Part shown: positions 49,025 to 58,800 of the stretch, piece by piece
Numbering within the stretch: position 1 is the first letter of the stretch
Layout: every line of letters starts with the position of its first letter
Origin: Ostreococcus lucimarinus
Taxonomy: Eukaryota
Length of the DNA stretch: 64,000 nt
NCBI GenBank assembly: GCA_000092065.1
Contig: CP000583.1
Reading direction: 5' to 3' (one strand)
Program-made: the position numbers and the translations under genes
Notes under the pieces: generated by a model
Databases searched by the model: none
Seen by the model: only the letters and a program-made list of their open reading frames with translations
What the model was told of the DNA's origin: nothing

Positions 49025-51064
49025 CTACATCTTTTTATCAGCCTTGCTGGCTTTTAAAAAGTCGTCGTACGCGCGCTGGAGCGCGGCGCGATCGTCGAGG
49101 GTGGCGACGTCGGCGTCGGCGGGATCGGCGGTGGAGACGTCGGCCTCGGCGACGCGCTCGGCGCGCTTGGCGACTTCTTCACTGACGACGTCGATGTCGA
49201 TGGCGGCGGCCCAGCGGTCTTTTTGTTTGAGCTTGTCGGACTCGAGACGAGCGCGGCGCTCGGCGCGACGGCGAGCGCGCTTGCGGCGCGACGCGCGGAC
49301 GCCGACGGACAACACCGAGGCGAGGGCGAGTGAGGTGACGAAACCCGCGGTGGCGTACCCACCGGCGTCGAACGCGCCGGGGAGTCTGGGCATCTGCCAA
49401 GACACGGATTGCGACGCCGACGTCGCGCCGCGCTTGGCGGATTTCGCCGGTTTCTTCGCCGCCGGTTTCGCCTTGACCACCGCCTTGGTCTTCGTCTTCT
49501 CCACAACCTTTTTGCTCGGTTTCGCGACGACGACTGGCTTTTTCGGCGCCGGTTTTGCGACTTCCTTCTTCGGCGCGACGACCGCCTTCTTCACCGGCTT
49601 CGGCGCCGCCTTTGCCTTTGGTCTCGAAGTCGTTTCGCCGCGCCAAAAAAATCTCCGAACGCCGCGCGCGCCGTCGATGACGCCACCGAGCGCGTTGTCG
49701 AGCGAATCCGCCGTGCGATACTTTAAGTCATCAATGAATTCCGCGCGCTGCTGCGCCTTCAATTCCTTCACGCGCGCCACTTCTTGTGCCTTCAACTCCT
49801 TTTCCCGAGCGACTATTTGCGCCTCTCTCGCTCGCTCGAGAGCCTTGGCCTCTTTCGCGGCGTCATCTTTAATCTTTTTCGCCGCCTCCGCGAGCTTCCG
49901 CTGGTTCTCTTGCGCGATTTTCTCGGTTTCCGCCGCGCGAGCTTCCAAGGCTTTGCGTTTCGCCGCCAGCGCGCGTTCACGCGCCTCTTCTAACTCTCGC
50001 GCAGCCTCTTCCCGCTGCCTGGCCTGTTCTCTCGCCCGCTTCTCGGCGATTTCTCGCGCCTGCTCTTGTGCGCGCGCCCGCGCGCGAGCTTGTTCTTGAG
50101 CTCGCTTTTCCTCGCGCACGACTTCCTCTTCCGCTCTCTTGAGCGCGCGCGCCTGCTCCTTGACGCGTTCGCGCTCTCGCGCCGCGACTTCCTCTTCGAC
50201 GCGTCGCTCGCGTTCGAGCGCCGCGCGCAACTGCGCCTCCGCCTCCGCCGCGCGCGCTTGCTCTCTCTTTAATCGCGTCAACTCCGCGATCCGATCGCGT
50301 CGCTCGATGCGTCGAGCTTCGATGACGCTATAAAGCTTATCTGCCGCTTCGTTCCGCACCGGTTGCCACCCGACGGGTCGGCGTTCCGCCACGTATCTGC
50401 GAAACGTCGGCGCGGCGTTCGCGACGGCTGTCTTGGACGACTGCTCACTCGCCGCCTTCTTCGCCGCGATCTCAGCGGCTTGCTTCGCTTCCGCGCGCTC
50501 GCGCTCGGCTTTCTCGCGCTCCGCTTGCAATCGCTCTTTATCCGCCTTCACGCGAATTTCCGCCGCCAGCTTCGCGTCGATGCGCTCGTCGTGCACCTCG
50601 GCGACTTCCACGCGCATCATCGGATTAAACCCCGCACCGCTCGCCGTCGACGCCTCGCCGCTCGCCGTCTTCGCTCGTCGAGGCGCGACCGTCGCGGAGT
50701 CCGCGCTCTCTTCCCCCCCAGCCCTCGTCCCCGCGCTCGCCGTCGCGTCGCGCGTCGCCGTCGACTTATCCCTCCGCGCGCGTCGCCCCCCCTCGCCTCG
50801 TCTCTCTCGTTTCCCATCCTTCACGCGCTTCGCGTACGCGCACCACGCCAAAAACACCCCGAGCGTCACGATTTCCCGCTGCGTCGCGCCGTTCCCGCGT
50901 TTACTCGCGCTCGCCGTCGTCGCCCCGCGTCTCGTCGTCTTCGCCGTCGTCGTCGTCGCCGCGATCTTCCCTCCCTCCACTCGCACCGCGCCTCGTCCGC
51001 GTCTCGCGCGCGTCCCGCCCTCCGCGCGCGCCGTCGCGACGTTCGCGGCCGTCACCGCGCGCAT
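49025..51064 (-). CDS. Hypothetical Ala/Glu/Lys/Arg-rich coiled-coil protein with two hydrophobic segments
   Basis: 679-aa ORF with a long charged helical region (EREKAERERAEAKQAAEIAAKKA...), a TM-like IVTLGVFLAWCAY near the N-terminus and another near the C-terminus. The opposite-strand ORFs are Arg-rich artefacts. Confidence 0.45.
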   Translation of the reverse strand: MRAVTAANVATARAEGGTRARRGRGAVRVEGGKIAATTTTAKTTRRGATTASASKRGNGATQREIVTLGVFLAWCAYAKRVKDGKRERRGEGGRRARRDKSTATRDATASAGTRAGGEESADSATVAPRRAKTASGEASTASGAGFNPMMRVEVAEVHDERIDAKLAAEIRVKADKERLQAEREKAERERAEAKQAAEIAAKKAASEQSSKTAVANAAPTFRRYVAERRPVGWQPVRNEAADKLYSVIEARRIERRDRIAELTRLKREQARAAEAEAQLRAALERERRVEEEVAARERERVKEQARALKRAEEEVVREEKRAQEQARARARAQEQAREIAEKRAREQARQREEAARELEEARERALAAKRKALEARAAETEKIAQENQRKLAEAAKKIKDDAAKEAKALERAREAQIVAREKELKAQEVARVKELKAQQRAEFIDDLKYRTADSLDNALGGVIDGARGVRRFFWRGETTSRPKAKAAPKPVKKAVVAPKKEVAKPAPKKPVVVAKPSKKVVEKTKTKAVVKAKPAAKKPAKSAKRGATSASQSVSWQMPRLPGAFDAGGYATAGFVTSLALASVLSVGVRASRRKRARRRAERRARLESDKLKQKDRWAAAIDIDVVSEEVAKRAERVAEADVSTADPADADVATLDDRAALQRAYDDFLKASKADKKM

Positions 51065-51374
51065 CGCGGCCCCTCCGCCGCCCCCCGCGCCCGTCGACCG
51101 CGATCTACGCCGAAATCAGGCGTCGCCGATGAATCGATTCGAGATCGTCGCGCGTCGCGATTGCGTCGCGCTTTCGCGTCCCGCGACGCCCGCGTCGTCG
51201 TCGCGATTGCGTCGCGAATGCTTCTCGCGCGCGCGCGCGCTCGCGCGTCGTCGGACGCCGTCGACGCGTCGCGCGCGTCGCGAATGCGTCGCGGATTGAC
51301 GCCGAGCGAATTAACGTTCGCGCGCGCGACGCGTCGCGATTGAATCGCCACCGCGCCGCGCGCGACGCGCCTCG

Positions 51375-52229
51375 ATGCGCGCCGACGCGCATCAAGGCGC
51401 GCGAAAATTCGCACCGTCGACGCGTCGCGCGTCTCGGCGCGGACGCGCGTCGACGCGTCCGCGAGCGTCGCGCGATGCGCCGCCGTTCGTCGACGCGCGC
51501 GCGGTGAGCTACGCGCCCGCGGGCGCCGGCGCGCCGGTGCTGCGCGACGTCGCGCTCGCGCTCCCGCGACGAGGGCTGACGCTGATCGTCGGACGGTCGG
51601 GCACGGGGAAGAGCACGCTGCTGACGCTGATCGCGGGGCTGAGCGAACCGACGACGGGGCGGGTGACGCTGGGCGGCGACGGCGCGGAGGACGCGCGGGC
51701 GACGACGGCGGCGGACCGACTGGCGAAGGTGGGGATCGTGTTTCAGTTTCCGGAGCGACACTTCTTGGGGAAGACGGTGCTGCAGGAGCTGACGTTCGGG
51801 TGGCCGACGTCGGCGAACGCGTTCGCGAGACGAAGGGCGCTGGCGTACAGGATGCACGACGCGCTGCACGCGGTGGGGATGGAGGGCGTGCCGCTGGACA
51901 CGGAGGTGCGGACGCTGAGCGGGGGGTATAAGCGACGGTTGGCGCTCGCGATACAACTCGTGCGCGATCCCGCGGTGCTGTGCCTGGATGAACCGCTGGC
52001 GGGGTTGGATTGGAGCACGCGCGCGGAGGTGACGGCGCTGCTCGACGACTTGAAGCGCGACAGAGCGGTGGTGGTGGTGTCGCACGACGTGGAGGAGATT
52101 CAACCGATCACCGATCGTGCGTTTAGAATGGAGCAGATGGGTAAGCTCACGGACGTCAGCGCCGAGCTCGCGGGGGCGAGAGCGAACGCGTTCGGGCGCG
52201 CCGAGGAATCGTTTCCGGCGTTTGATTGA
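51375..52229 (+). CDS. ABC transporter ATP-binding protein (ECF/CbiO-like ATPase), presequence-like N-terminus
   Basis: Walker A LIVGRSGTGKSTLL, signature LSGGYKRRLALAIQL, Walker B VLCLDEPLAGLD. Confidence 0.8.
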   Translation: MRADAHQGARKFAPSTRRASRRGRASTRPRASRDAPPFVDARAVSYAPAGAGAPVLRDVALALPRRGLTLIVGRSGTGKSTLLTLIAGLSEPTTGRVTLGGDGAEDARATTAADRLAKVGIVFQFPERHFLGKTVLQELTFGWPTSANAFARRRALAYRMHDALHAVGMEGVPLDTEVRTLSGGYKRRLALAIQLVRDPAVLCLDEPLAGLDWSTRAEVTALLDDLKRDRAVVVVSHDVEEIQPITDRAFRMEQMGKLTDVSAELAGARANAFGRAEESFPAFD

Positions 52230-52290
52230 ATCGTAGCGACGAATAGACGAGATTGTAGAAATTGTGATGCGGTACCGCGCGAAACTGTTA

Positions 52291-52331
52291 GAACGAACGA
52301 ACGAACGAACGAACGAACGAACGAACGAACG
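52291..52331 (+). repeat. (GAAC)n microsatellite of about 10 units, followed by a (CGTCG)n run
   Basis: gaacgaacgaacgaac... read directly. It lies between the convergent 3' ends of the ABC and phosphatase genes. Confidence 0.8.
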
Positions 52332-52482
52332 CTCGCGTCCCGTCGCGTCGCGTCGCGTCGCGTCGTCGCGCGTCGTTTCGGTCGTTGTCGGGGTTTTGTC
52401 TTTTACAACGCGCCGTCGCGGCGTCCGCCCCGCGCGCGCTCTTCTCCGTTCGGCGCGACGACGTCGGCGTCGTCCGTCTCGC

Positions 52483-53064
52483 CTAGATTTGAATAATACC
52501 CTCCGGTGTCGCGACCGCGACGAGCGTCCACGACCCCGCGTCCGCCATCGCGCTCGCCCACGTATCACCCTCGCCTCGCGCGCGCTCGAGCAGCGCCGCC
52601 GTGGCCACTTGCAAGCGCACGTCTCTTCCGCAATACTCGCTCGCCGCCTCCTCCATCCCTTTGTTATGCCCGACCGCCATGATCGTCCTCGCGTCCGTGA
52701 CGATCTCACACTCCACCACGTCCCCCTCCTCGCCATCCGCGCCGTCTCCCGCCGTCGTCTGCTTCACCACGCACTCGCTCAGGTGTTGTCGCATCACGCC
52801 GTCCAGCGACGCGTAGTGATACAGCGACCCGAGATACATCACTCGTCCCTTCGTCCCGAACGCCTCGTTCACCTCGTCCCGCATTATCTCCAGCGTCTCT
52901 TTCGATCGTCGCGAGTTCGAGCACAGCGTGAGATCGGGCGTCCATCCCGCGTCGTCGACGCGCGTCGCCACGCTCTTCGCCAGCGCGCGACCCTCTCGCG
53001 TGAGCGGTCGATCCGCGTCCTTCGTCTCGCCGTCCGCCCCCGAGGACGCGCTGTGTCGAAGCAT
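52483..53064 (-). CDS. Histidine phosphatase superfamily protein (SixA/phosphoglycerate-mutase-like)
   Basis: RHG motif: LIMLRHSASSGADGETKDADRPLTREGRALAKSV...MAVGHNKGMEEAAS. ATG at 53064. The upstream 277 codons of the ORF are antisense to NADK. Confidence 0.65.
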   Translation of the reverse strand: MLRHSASSGADGETKDADRPLTREGRALAKSVATRVDDAGWTPDLTLCSNSRRSKETLEIMRDEVNEAFGTKGRVMYLGSLYHYASLDGVMRQHLSECVVKQTTAGDGADGEEGDVVECEIVTDARTIMAVGHNKGMEEAASEYCGRDVRLQVATAALLERARGEGDTWASAMADAGSWTLVAVATPEGIIQI

Positions 53065-53248
53065 GATGAGTCTGTACGTCGGCGCGTCGCTCGCGCGCGC
53101 GCTTTCGAGCGCGCGCGGCGCGACGCGCGTCGATCGTTCCGCGACGCGTCGCGGTCGGTCGGTCGCGCGTCGCGCCGTCGCGCCGCGCCGCGTCGTCGCG
53201 CGCGTCGCGGACGCGACGCGTGGCGTCGCGCGCGTCGTCGCGCGCGTC

Positions 53249-54442
53249 ATGCGCGCGTCGTGCGCGCCGTGCGTCGAGCGCGCGCGCGTGTGCGGCGTCG
53301 AGCCGTCGCGGTCGTTGCGCGCCATCGGACGCGCGACGCCACACGTCGGCGCGTCGCGCGCGATGGCCCGCGTCGCGCGCGCGGCGACGACGGCGTCGTC
53401 GTCGCTGTACAGGAACGCGCTGCTCGTCGTCAAGACGACGCCGATGACGGAGTACACGTCGCTCATCGGGTCGGGAGAATTGTACGACACGCCGCGGTAC
53501 GAACGCGTGAAAACGCGACACGAAACGCACAAGAGCGGCGTCAAGGCGGTGAAACGCATGCTGGAACAGCGCGGCGTGGCGTTCGAGTGCGTGGAGAGGC
53601 ACGCGCTGACGGAGGAGTCGGTGAGAGGGCACGATTTGATCGTCGCGCTGGGCGGAGACGGGACGACGCTGATATCGGCGCACCACGTGAGGGACGCGAA
53701 AGTGCCGATACTGGGGATAAACACCGATCCGGCGACGAAGGATGAATTGACGAAGATGTATCTGACGAACGCGTGCGTGGACGAGCGACGGTCGACGGGA
53801 CATCTGTGCGCGGCGAATAGGTTCGACGCGGAGACGGTGCTGGACGGCGCGCTGCGGGGAACGCTGAAACCGACGAGATTGGCGAGGATACGCACGGTGC
53901 TGAACGGTAAGGTCTTAGAACCGGCGTTGAACGATGTGCTGATCGCCCATCCGAGCCCGGCGGCGGTGAGTCGGTACAGCGTGCGATTACCGCCGACGGC
54001 GCGCGGGGGCGACGGCTACGACGAGTCCGCGAAGAGATTTTTTCACGTGCGCAGCTCGGGCGTGCGCACGTGCACGGCGAGCGGGTCCACCGCGGCGATG
54101 TACAGCGCCGGTGGGGAGATCATGCCGCACGACTCGATGTCCATGCAATACATGGATCGCGAGCCGATTTATTACGACCACGCGCCGCCGCCGAGCGTCG
54201 GGCACGGATATTACGAGCGAGGCGACGCGCTGTCGTTCCGATGGAACTCGCGCGTGGGGACGATTTACATCGACGGCGCGCACGTCAAACACGACGTCGT
54301 TCTGGGAGATGATGTCGAGATGTCCACGGACGCGCCCGAGTTGTCGCTCTTCGTCTCGAAATGGTTCGTCGAGGCCCGACGCGTGCGCACGGGCCTCGAC
54401 CGCGTCTTCAAAACGCGCGAGAACTGGGGTCGACGCAAGTAG
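53249..54442 (+). CDS. NADK: NAD kinase (ATP-NAD kinase, NADK2/POS5-like), presequence-like N-terminus (start uncertain; alternatives 53063 and 53363)
   Basis: GGDGT motif (DLIVALGGDGTTLISAHH), NDVLI (LNDVLIAHPSPAAV) and ASGSTAAMYSAGGEIM. Confidence 0.75.
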   Translation: MRASCAPCVERARVCGVEPSRSLRAIGRATPHVGASRAMARVARAATTASSSLYRNALLVVKTTPMTEYTSLIGSGELYDTPRYERVKTRHETHKSGVKAVKRMLEQRGVAFECVERHALTEESVRGHDLIVALGGDGTTLISAHHVRDAKVPILGINTDPATKDELTKMYLTNACVDERRSTGHLCAANRFDAETVLDGALRGTLKPTRLARIRTVLNGKVLEPALNDVLIAHPSPAAVSRYSVRLPPTARGGDGYDESAKRFFHVRSSGVRTCTASGSTAAMYSAGGEIMPHDSMSMQYMDREPIYYDHAPPPSVGHGYYERGDALSFRWNSRVGTIYIDGAHVKHDVVLGDDVEMSTDAPELSLFVSKWFVEARRVRTGLDRVFKTRENWGRRK

Positions 54443-54534
54443 ATGATCGTCATGATAGAATAGAGTGCTAGAATTTGTTGTATTCCATCGTTGTTGCCGA
54501 TACGTGTGCGCGTCCTTCGCGCCGCGCCTAACTT

Positions 54535-55236
54535 CTAACCGTCGACGCGCTCTAGCGCGTGGCCAACAACCTCGCGCGCCGTGCTCTCGAGCGTCGACGT
54601 CTCCGACGATACCGTCATCGTCGACGCTAATAAATCCCCGTTCGCGTCGACGAATCCGCACGACGCCATCTGCTCCTCCAACTCGTCGTATTCTAAATCG
54701 CACGTCCCGAACGCCGTCGTCGAGCACCGCTCCGCTCGCGCTCGCGATCCGTTCCCGTACGTCTTCACGAACGCCCGCACGTTCACGCAATCTTCCAGCG
54801 TGAACGCACCCACGGTCGCGCACGTCGCGATGTCGCAACTCAGGCAATCTCGCGCCGTGGTCGAATCCGTCGTCGGCCCGAAGACGAACACGCAGCGCTT
54901 GCAGTCGAGCACGTTCACCTCTTTCACGGCGCAGCAGATCACGAAGACGCAATCCTCGCAGCCCTGGGCGAAGAACTTCGTCACGTACGCCGACCGTTCC
55001 ATCGCGATCGTCTCCGATTTCCTGCACTTGTACGACACGTCGCGCGACGCGCCGAGCGGTTTCGCGCGGAATGACGGTTTGCGTCGCTCGATCGGCGAGT
55101 ACGACAGGATGGACGTCGGTGACGGCGGACGCTCGGTCTTGGGCGACGCGGAGGATAGAATTTTACGCGCGATCGCCTTGGGCGACGGCGTCGCGGCCCA
55201 GAGCGCGGCGGTGGGTTTGGTGAAGTAGCATCCCAT
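54535..55236 (-). CDS. Hypothetical Cys-rich protein with an N-terminal MGC (myristoylation/palmitoylation-like) motif
   Basis: MGCYFTKP... then about 20 cysteines in CxxC/CC patterns (GCEDCVFVICCAVKEVNVLDCKRC...). No family assigned. Confidence 0.4.
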   Translation of the reverse strand: MGCYFTKPTAALWAATPSPKAIARKILSSASPKTERPPSPTSILSYSPIERRKPSFRAKPLGASRDVSYKCRKSETIAMERSAYVTKFFAQGCEDCVFVICCAVKEVNVLDCKRCVFVFGPTTDSTTARDCLSCDIATCATVGAFTLEDCVNVRAFVKTYGNGSRARAERCSTTAFGTCDLEYDELEEQMASCGFVDANGDLLASTMTVSSETSTLESTAREVVGHALERVDG

Positions 55237-55401
55237 CGCGACGTTCGGCGCAAAGTGCGGTGTTCCTTCCCCTCTGCGCGAGAGCGAGACGACGTCGAGT
55301 CGCGGTGAAGTTCTGAATCGGATGGATTAAAATATGTCTCTACGCGGGACGCACGCCGTCCCAGTGAATAAAAAAATCTTTTTTACGTATGGTACTGCGC
55401 T

Positions 55402-56265
55402 CTACGCGGCGACGAGGTCGCGCTCGCCTTCGTCGGCGGGCGCGTCGGCTTGCAGCGCGCCTTCGATGGCGGCGGCGGCGGCCTTGGCGGCCAAGTTGCG
55501 CGCGTATTCGCCAGCCGGGTAGAACTCGCGGTGTTCCTTACCGAACGGCACGCGAGTCTTCTTCATCCAAACCTCCGGCTCGACGTAGGTGCCCAACACG
55601 TGGTCGACGAGCGGGCAGCACACGTTGTAGTTGCACTGGCCGGACAACACGTGGTGACCGCTGTGGTTCAGGTACAAGTAATCGTAATACTTGGATTCGC
55701 GGTATCGCGCGAGCCACAACGACGGGATCCCATCTTGAAGCGGAACCTCGTTCAAGCCGTGCATGGCCGGATGCAACGAGTTCCAAATCAACGCGTGCGC
55801 GAGCGTGGACCCGCCGATGAGCGCCGCCATCGGCCCCGCGGAGAACCCCATGAGCGCCAGCACCGGCACGCACGTGATCACCATTTGCATCGTCATCAAA
55901 CCCGTGACATCCCACTCGAACGCCGTTCCGCGGTAGGTGTTCCCTTCCAAAACCGCCGCCGGTTCGCTCTTCATCCACTTGTCGTCCACGCGAAGCGACA
56001 TGTCGTCCAGCGTCTCCGCGTGGTGTTCGATGTGTCCGCCGCCGCCAACCTTCGGCGCTTCCTTCTGTCTCGTGAAGAAGCACCACACCCTTTTCAAGGT
56101 TTCGTTCTTGTTGAACTCGGCGTGTTGGTAGTAACGATGGGTGATGTATTCGTTGATGGACACCATCGCGTACATGGTCGGGACGCTCAGCGTCCACCGC
56201 GCGACGTCCACCGCGAGGCTCGCGCGCGGCGTCACCGCGCGCGCGTCTCGCGTCGACGCGCGCAT
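55402..56265 (-). CDS. Fatty acid hydroxylase superfamily (di-iron His-box) membrane oxidase; sterol desaturase/hydroxylase-like
   Basis: Four His clusters HRYYQH, HIEHH, HPAMH and HSGHH, with intervening hydrophobic helices. Confidence 0.55.
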   Translation of the reverse strand: MRASTRDARAVTPRASLAVDVARWTLSVPTMYAMVSINEYITHRYYQHAEFNKNETLKRVWCFFTRQKEAPKVGGGGHIEHHAETLDDMSLRVDDKWMKSEPAAVLEGNTYRGTAFEWDVTGLMTMQMVITCVPVLALMGFSAGPMAALIGGSTLAHALIWNSLHPAMHGLNEVPLQDGIPSLWLARYRESKYYDYLYLNHSGHHVLSGQCNYNVCCPLVDHVLGTYVEPEVWMKKTRVPFGKEHREFYPAGEYARNLAAKAAAAAIEGALQADAPADEGERDLVAA

Positions 56266-56542
56266 CGCGCGTCTCTTTTGAATCGCTGTTTTCGCGTGTT
56301 CGCGCGCGCGCTTTCGTCAGTCTCGCGCGCGTTCGGGCTCGTTTCGAGTCGTCGCGTCGACGTCGACGGCGGCGGCGTTTCGAGTCGGCGCGTCGCGTCG
56401 CGTCGCGCACGCACGTTTCGCGCTCGAGATCGCGCGCATGGCGGACAGCGCGTTGGTTTGCATCATCTCGCGCGTCGAGGGATGGTCGCGTGCGGTGGAG
56501 TGACGCGCGCGCGCGACGCGAGCGTTTGGTGGATTACTTATC

Positions 56543-57391
56543 CTACTCGCGCATCTCGGCGCTTTTCGCGCAACCACAGTCGTCCGAGTCGCCGAAGTCG
56601 CGCCTCGACGTCGCGTCGCGCTCGGTGACGGTGATTCGCGACAGCAGCGCGTCTAAGGGAGATAAAGTCGGGGAATACGCGCGCGAGGGAACGCGCGTCG
56701 GCGACGACGGCGACGACGGCGACGGCGGCGACGGCGGCGACGCGCGTTCTAAATCGTCATCCGCTACGTCGTCCGCCGCTCGTTCGCGCGCGTCCGCCTC
56801 GCGCGCGCGCCTCGCGTCGGCGGCGCGCAGACGCTCGATTTCCTCGATCAACGATTCGACTTTTTGTTCGAACGCCGCGAGCGACGCGACGTGATACTCG
56901 AACGACACGACTTCGGGCGAACCGTCGCCGCGCGTCGCCGCCGGCGCCGACCGCCGCGCCGCGCCGCGCGTCGCGCGCGTCGTCCCCAACAGCCGTCGCA
57001 GCTTGTGTAACTCCACGTCCTGCGTCTTCGCCCTGCCGAGCAACCGCTCGCACTTGCGCGCGAGGTCCGCGCGAGACCGTCTCGCCTCGTCGCGCTCGCG
57101 CGTCAGCCTCGCGCACCGTCCTCGCAGCGCGTCCATCGCCTTCGCGTCCGACGCGCGCGACGACGACGCGTTCTCATCGTTCGCCGCGAGCGCGTCGCGC
57201 GCGTCCCGCGGTCTCGTCTTCGCCGTCGTCTTCGCCGTCGTCTTCGACGCCGACGTCGTCGAATTCAAAGCCATCGCGCGTCTCGCCTCGAGCTGTCCCA
57301 GGAGCTGTCGCGCCACCGCGCGCGCGTGTCGCTCCTCGGCGTCCATCGCCTCGGCGCGCGCGAGCGCCGCGCCCGTCGGCGACGCCGCCAT
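56543..57391 (-). CDS. Hypothetical coiled-coil protein
   Basis: 282-aa helical, charged ORF (..LTRERDEARRSRADLARKCERLLGRAKTQDVELHKLRRLLG..). Confidence 0.35.
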   Translation of the reverse strand: MAASPTGAALARAEAMDAEERHARAVARQLLGQLEARRAMALNSTTSASKTTAKTTAKTRPRDARDALAANDENASSSRASDAKAMDALRGRCARLTRERDEARRSRADLARKCERLLGRAKTQDVELHKLRRLLGTTRATRGAARRSAPAATRGDGSPEVVSFEYHVASLAAFEQKVESLIEEIERLRAADARRAREADARERAADDVADDDLERASPPSPPSPSSPSSPTRVPSRAYSPTLSPLDALLSRITVTERDATSRRDFGDSDDCGCAKSAEMRE

Positions 57392-57617
57392 GTCGACGCG
57401 TGCGGCGTTCGCGCGCGGCGACGGACGACGGACGACGGACGACGGGTCGCGCGCGCGTCGATCGCGCGATCGAAAAAACCGTAACCTTGCGCGCGTGCCG
57501 TAGAATCGATGGCCTCCTCGAAATTTAGCGGTTTTAACGCCATATAATCGTGCGGTTGTGACCGAGTGTTTCTCCGTCTCCGCGGCGAAGGAAGCGAATG
57601 GACGCAGACAACCCAGA

Positions 57618-57716
57618 GCGTTCGTGACCGAGTGGTTTTAAGGTGCTCGCCTGCTATTGATGAGAGCAGTGAGTGAGTGTGCTCTGCACGCCCAGGTTCG
57701 AATCCTGGCGAACGCG
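57618..57716 (+). tRNA. tRNA-Ser (anticodon GCU) with a 15-nt intron 3' of position 37; copy 1 of a tandem array
   Basis: Acceptor GCGTTCG/CGAACGC, D-arm ACCGAGTGGTTTTAAGGT, anticodon loop CUGCUA + intron TTGATGAGAGCAGTG (its AGC pairs with the anticodon), 3' stem GTGAG, long variable arm GTGCTCTGCACGC (identical to the human tRNA-Ser-GCT variable arm), T-arm CCAGGTTCGAATCCTGG, discriminator G. An oligo-T (T6) terminator follows immediately. Confidence 0.75.
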
Positions 57717-57766
57717 TTTTTTATTTTACAGTTTTACGGCGCCATCGCGACGCCATCGTGCCGCTA

Positions 57767-57866
57767 TCGTTCGTGACCGAGTGGTTTTAAGGTGCTCGCC
57801 TGCTATTGATCGAGAGCAGTGAGTGAGTGTGCTCTGCACGCCCAGGTTCGAATCCTGGCGAACGCG
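57767..57866 (+). tRNA. tRNA-Ser (GCU) copy 2, 16-nt intron; position 1 is U (U1:C72 mismatch)
   Basis: Same structure as copy 1, 150 bp downstream. The intron has one extra C (TTGATCGAGAGCAGTG). Followed by T6. It may be less functional because of the acceptor mismatch. Confidence 0.6.
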
Positions 57867-57916
57867 TTTTTTATTTTACAGTTTTACGGCGCCATCGCGA
57901 CGCCATCGTGCCGCTA

Positions 57917-58016
57917 TCGTTCGTGACCGAGTGGTTTTAAGGTGCTCGCCTGCTATTGATCGAGAGCAGTGAGTGAGTGTGCTCTGCACGCCCAGGTTCG
58001 AATCCTGGCGAACGCG
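57917..58016 (+). tRNA. tRNA-Ser (GCU) copy 3, identical to copy 2
   Basis: Identical 150-bp unit. Followed by T6. Confidence 0.6.
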
Positions 58017-58100
58017 TTTTTTATTTTACAGTTTTACGGCGCCATCGCGACGCCATCGTGCCGCTATCGCGATGGTACAGACGCCGCCTCGGCCTTCTTC

Positions 58101-58637
58101 TCAGTCGAGAACGATGGGCGCGTCGTCGTCCGCCTCCGCGTCCAACACCACCACCGCATCGTCCCCCCCAGGCGCCGCCAACAACCGACTCTCATCACGC
58201 GCCGTCCCTCCCAATCGCCGTCCGCCGCCGCGCAGACCGACCTCGGCGAGTCGCGCGCGTCTCGCCGCCGCGTCTCGCGCGTTCGTCCGCGGCGACCGCG
58301 CGCGTCTCGCGCCGCCGTCCCCGCCCACGCACCGTCCGCACACCACGAAATCGCTCGCCATCATCACCGCCGCCTCGCGCTCGAGCGTTCGCAGCAGCGC
58401 GTAGAACGTCGCGTCGTGCGGTCCGATCTCCACGTGCGTCAGCTCGTGCAGCATCACCGCGAACACTTGCTCCTCGTCGATCCATCGATACGCCGCCTCG
58501 CCGCGCCCTCGTCGCTGTCGCACCAGCACCCGCACGCGCCTGCCTCGGTCGAGATTGTCCCCCCAGAGCGCGATCTCGCCCGGCGGCGCCGGCGGGAGCT
58601 CGGTGAGCTCGCCGACGCGCCATCCGCGACGCTTCAT
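58101..58637 (-). CDS. WLM-domain (Wss1-like) zinc metalloprotease
   Basis: HExxH in VFAVMLHELTHVEIGPHDATFYALLRTLERE, typical of the WLM domain. Confidence 0.6.
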   Translation of the reverse strand: MKRRGWRVGELTELPPAPPGEIALWGDNLDRGRRVRVLVRQRRGRGEAAYRWIDEEQVFAVMLHELTHVEIGPHDATFYALLRTLEREAAVMMASDFVVCGRCVGGDGGARRARSPRTNARDAAARRARLAEVGLRGGGRRLGGTARDESRLLAAPGGDDAVVVLDAEADDDAPIVLD

Positions 58638-58800
58638 GAGACCGTGCGCGCGCCTCGCGACGCGATGGAGCGTCGCGAGCGCTCGCGCGCGCTCGACGGC
58701 ATCGCCCGCGGCGTGCGCGACGACGCCGTCGAACGCGTCGACCGGGTACGGGCGGTCCAGCGCGCGCGTCGTCGTCCGCGCGACGGCAGCGCGCGACGCG

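Noticed and set aside
51105-53745. 543-aa minus ORF and 493-aa plus ORF around the ABC/phosphatase/NADK genes
   Set aside because: Arg-rich junk antisense to genes with clear Walker and GGDGT motifs.
57553-58070. CRISPR-like or SINE interpretation of the 150-bp tandem repeats
   Set aside because: The units fold as complete tRNA-Ser cloverleaves with T6 runs immediately 3', not repeat-spacer structure. This is a eukaryotic genome, and there is no SINE tail or target-site duplication.
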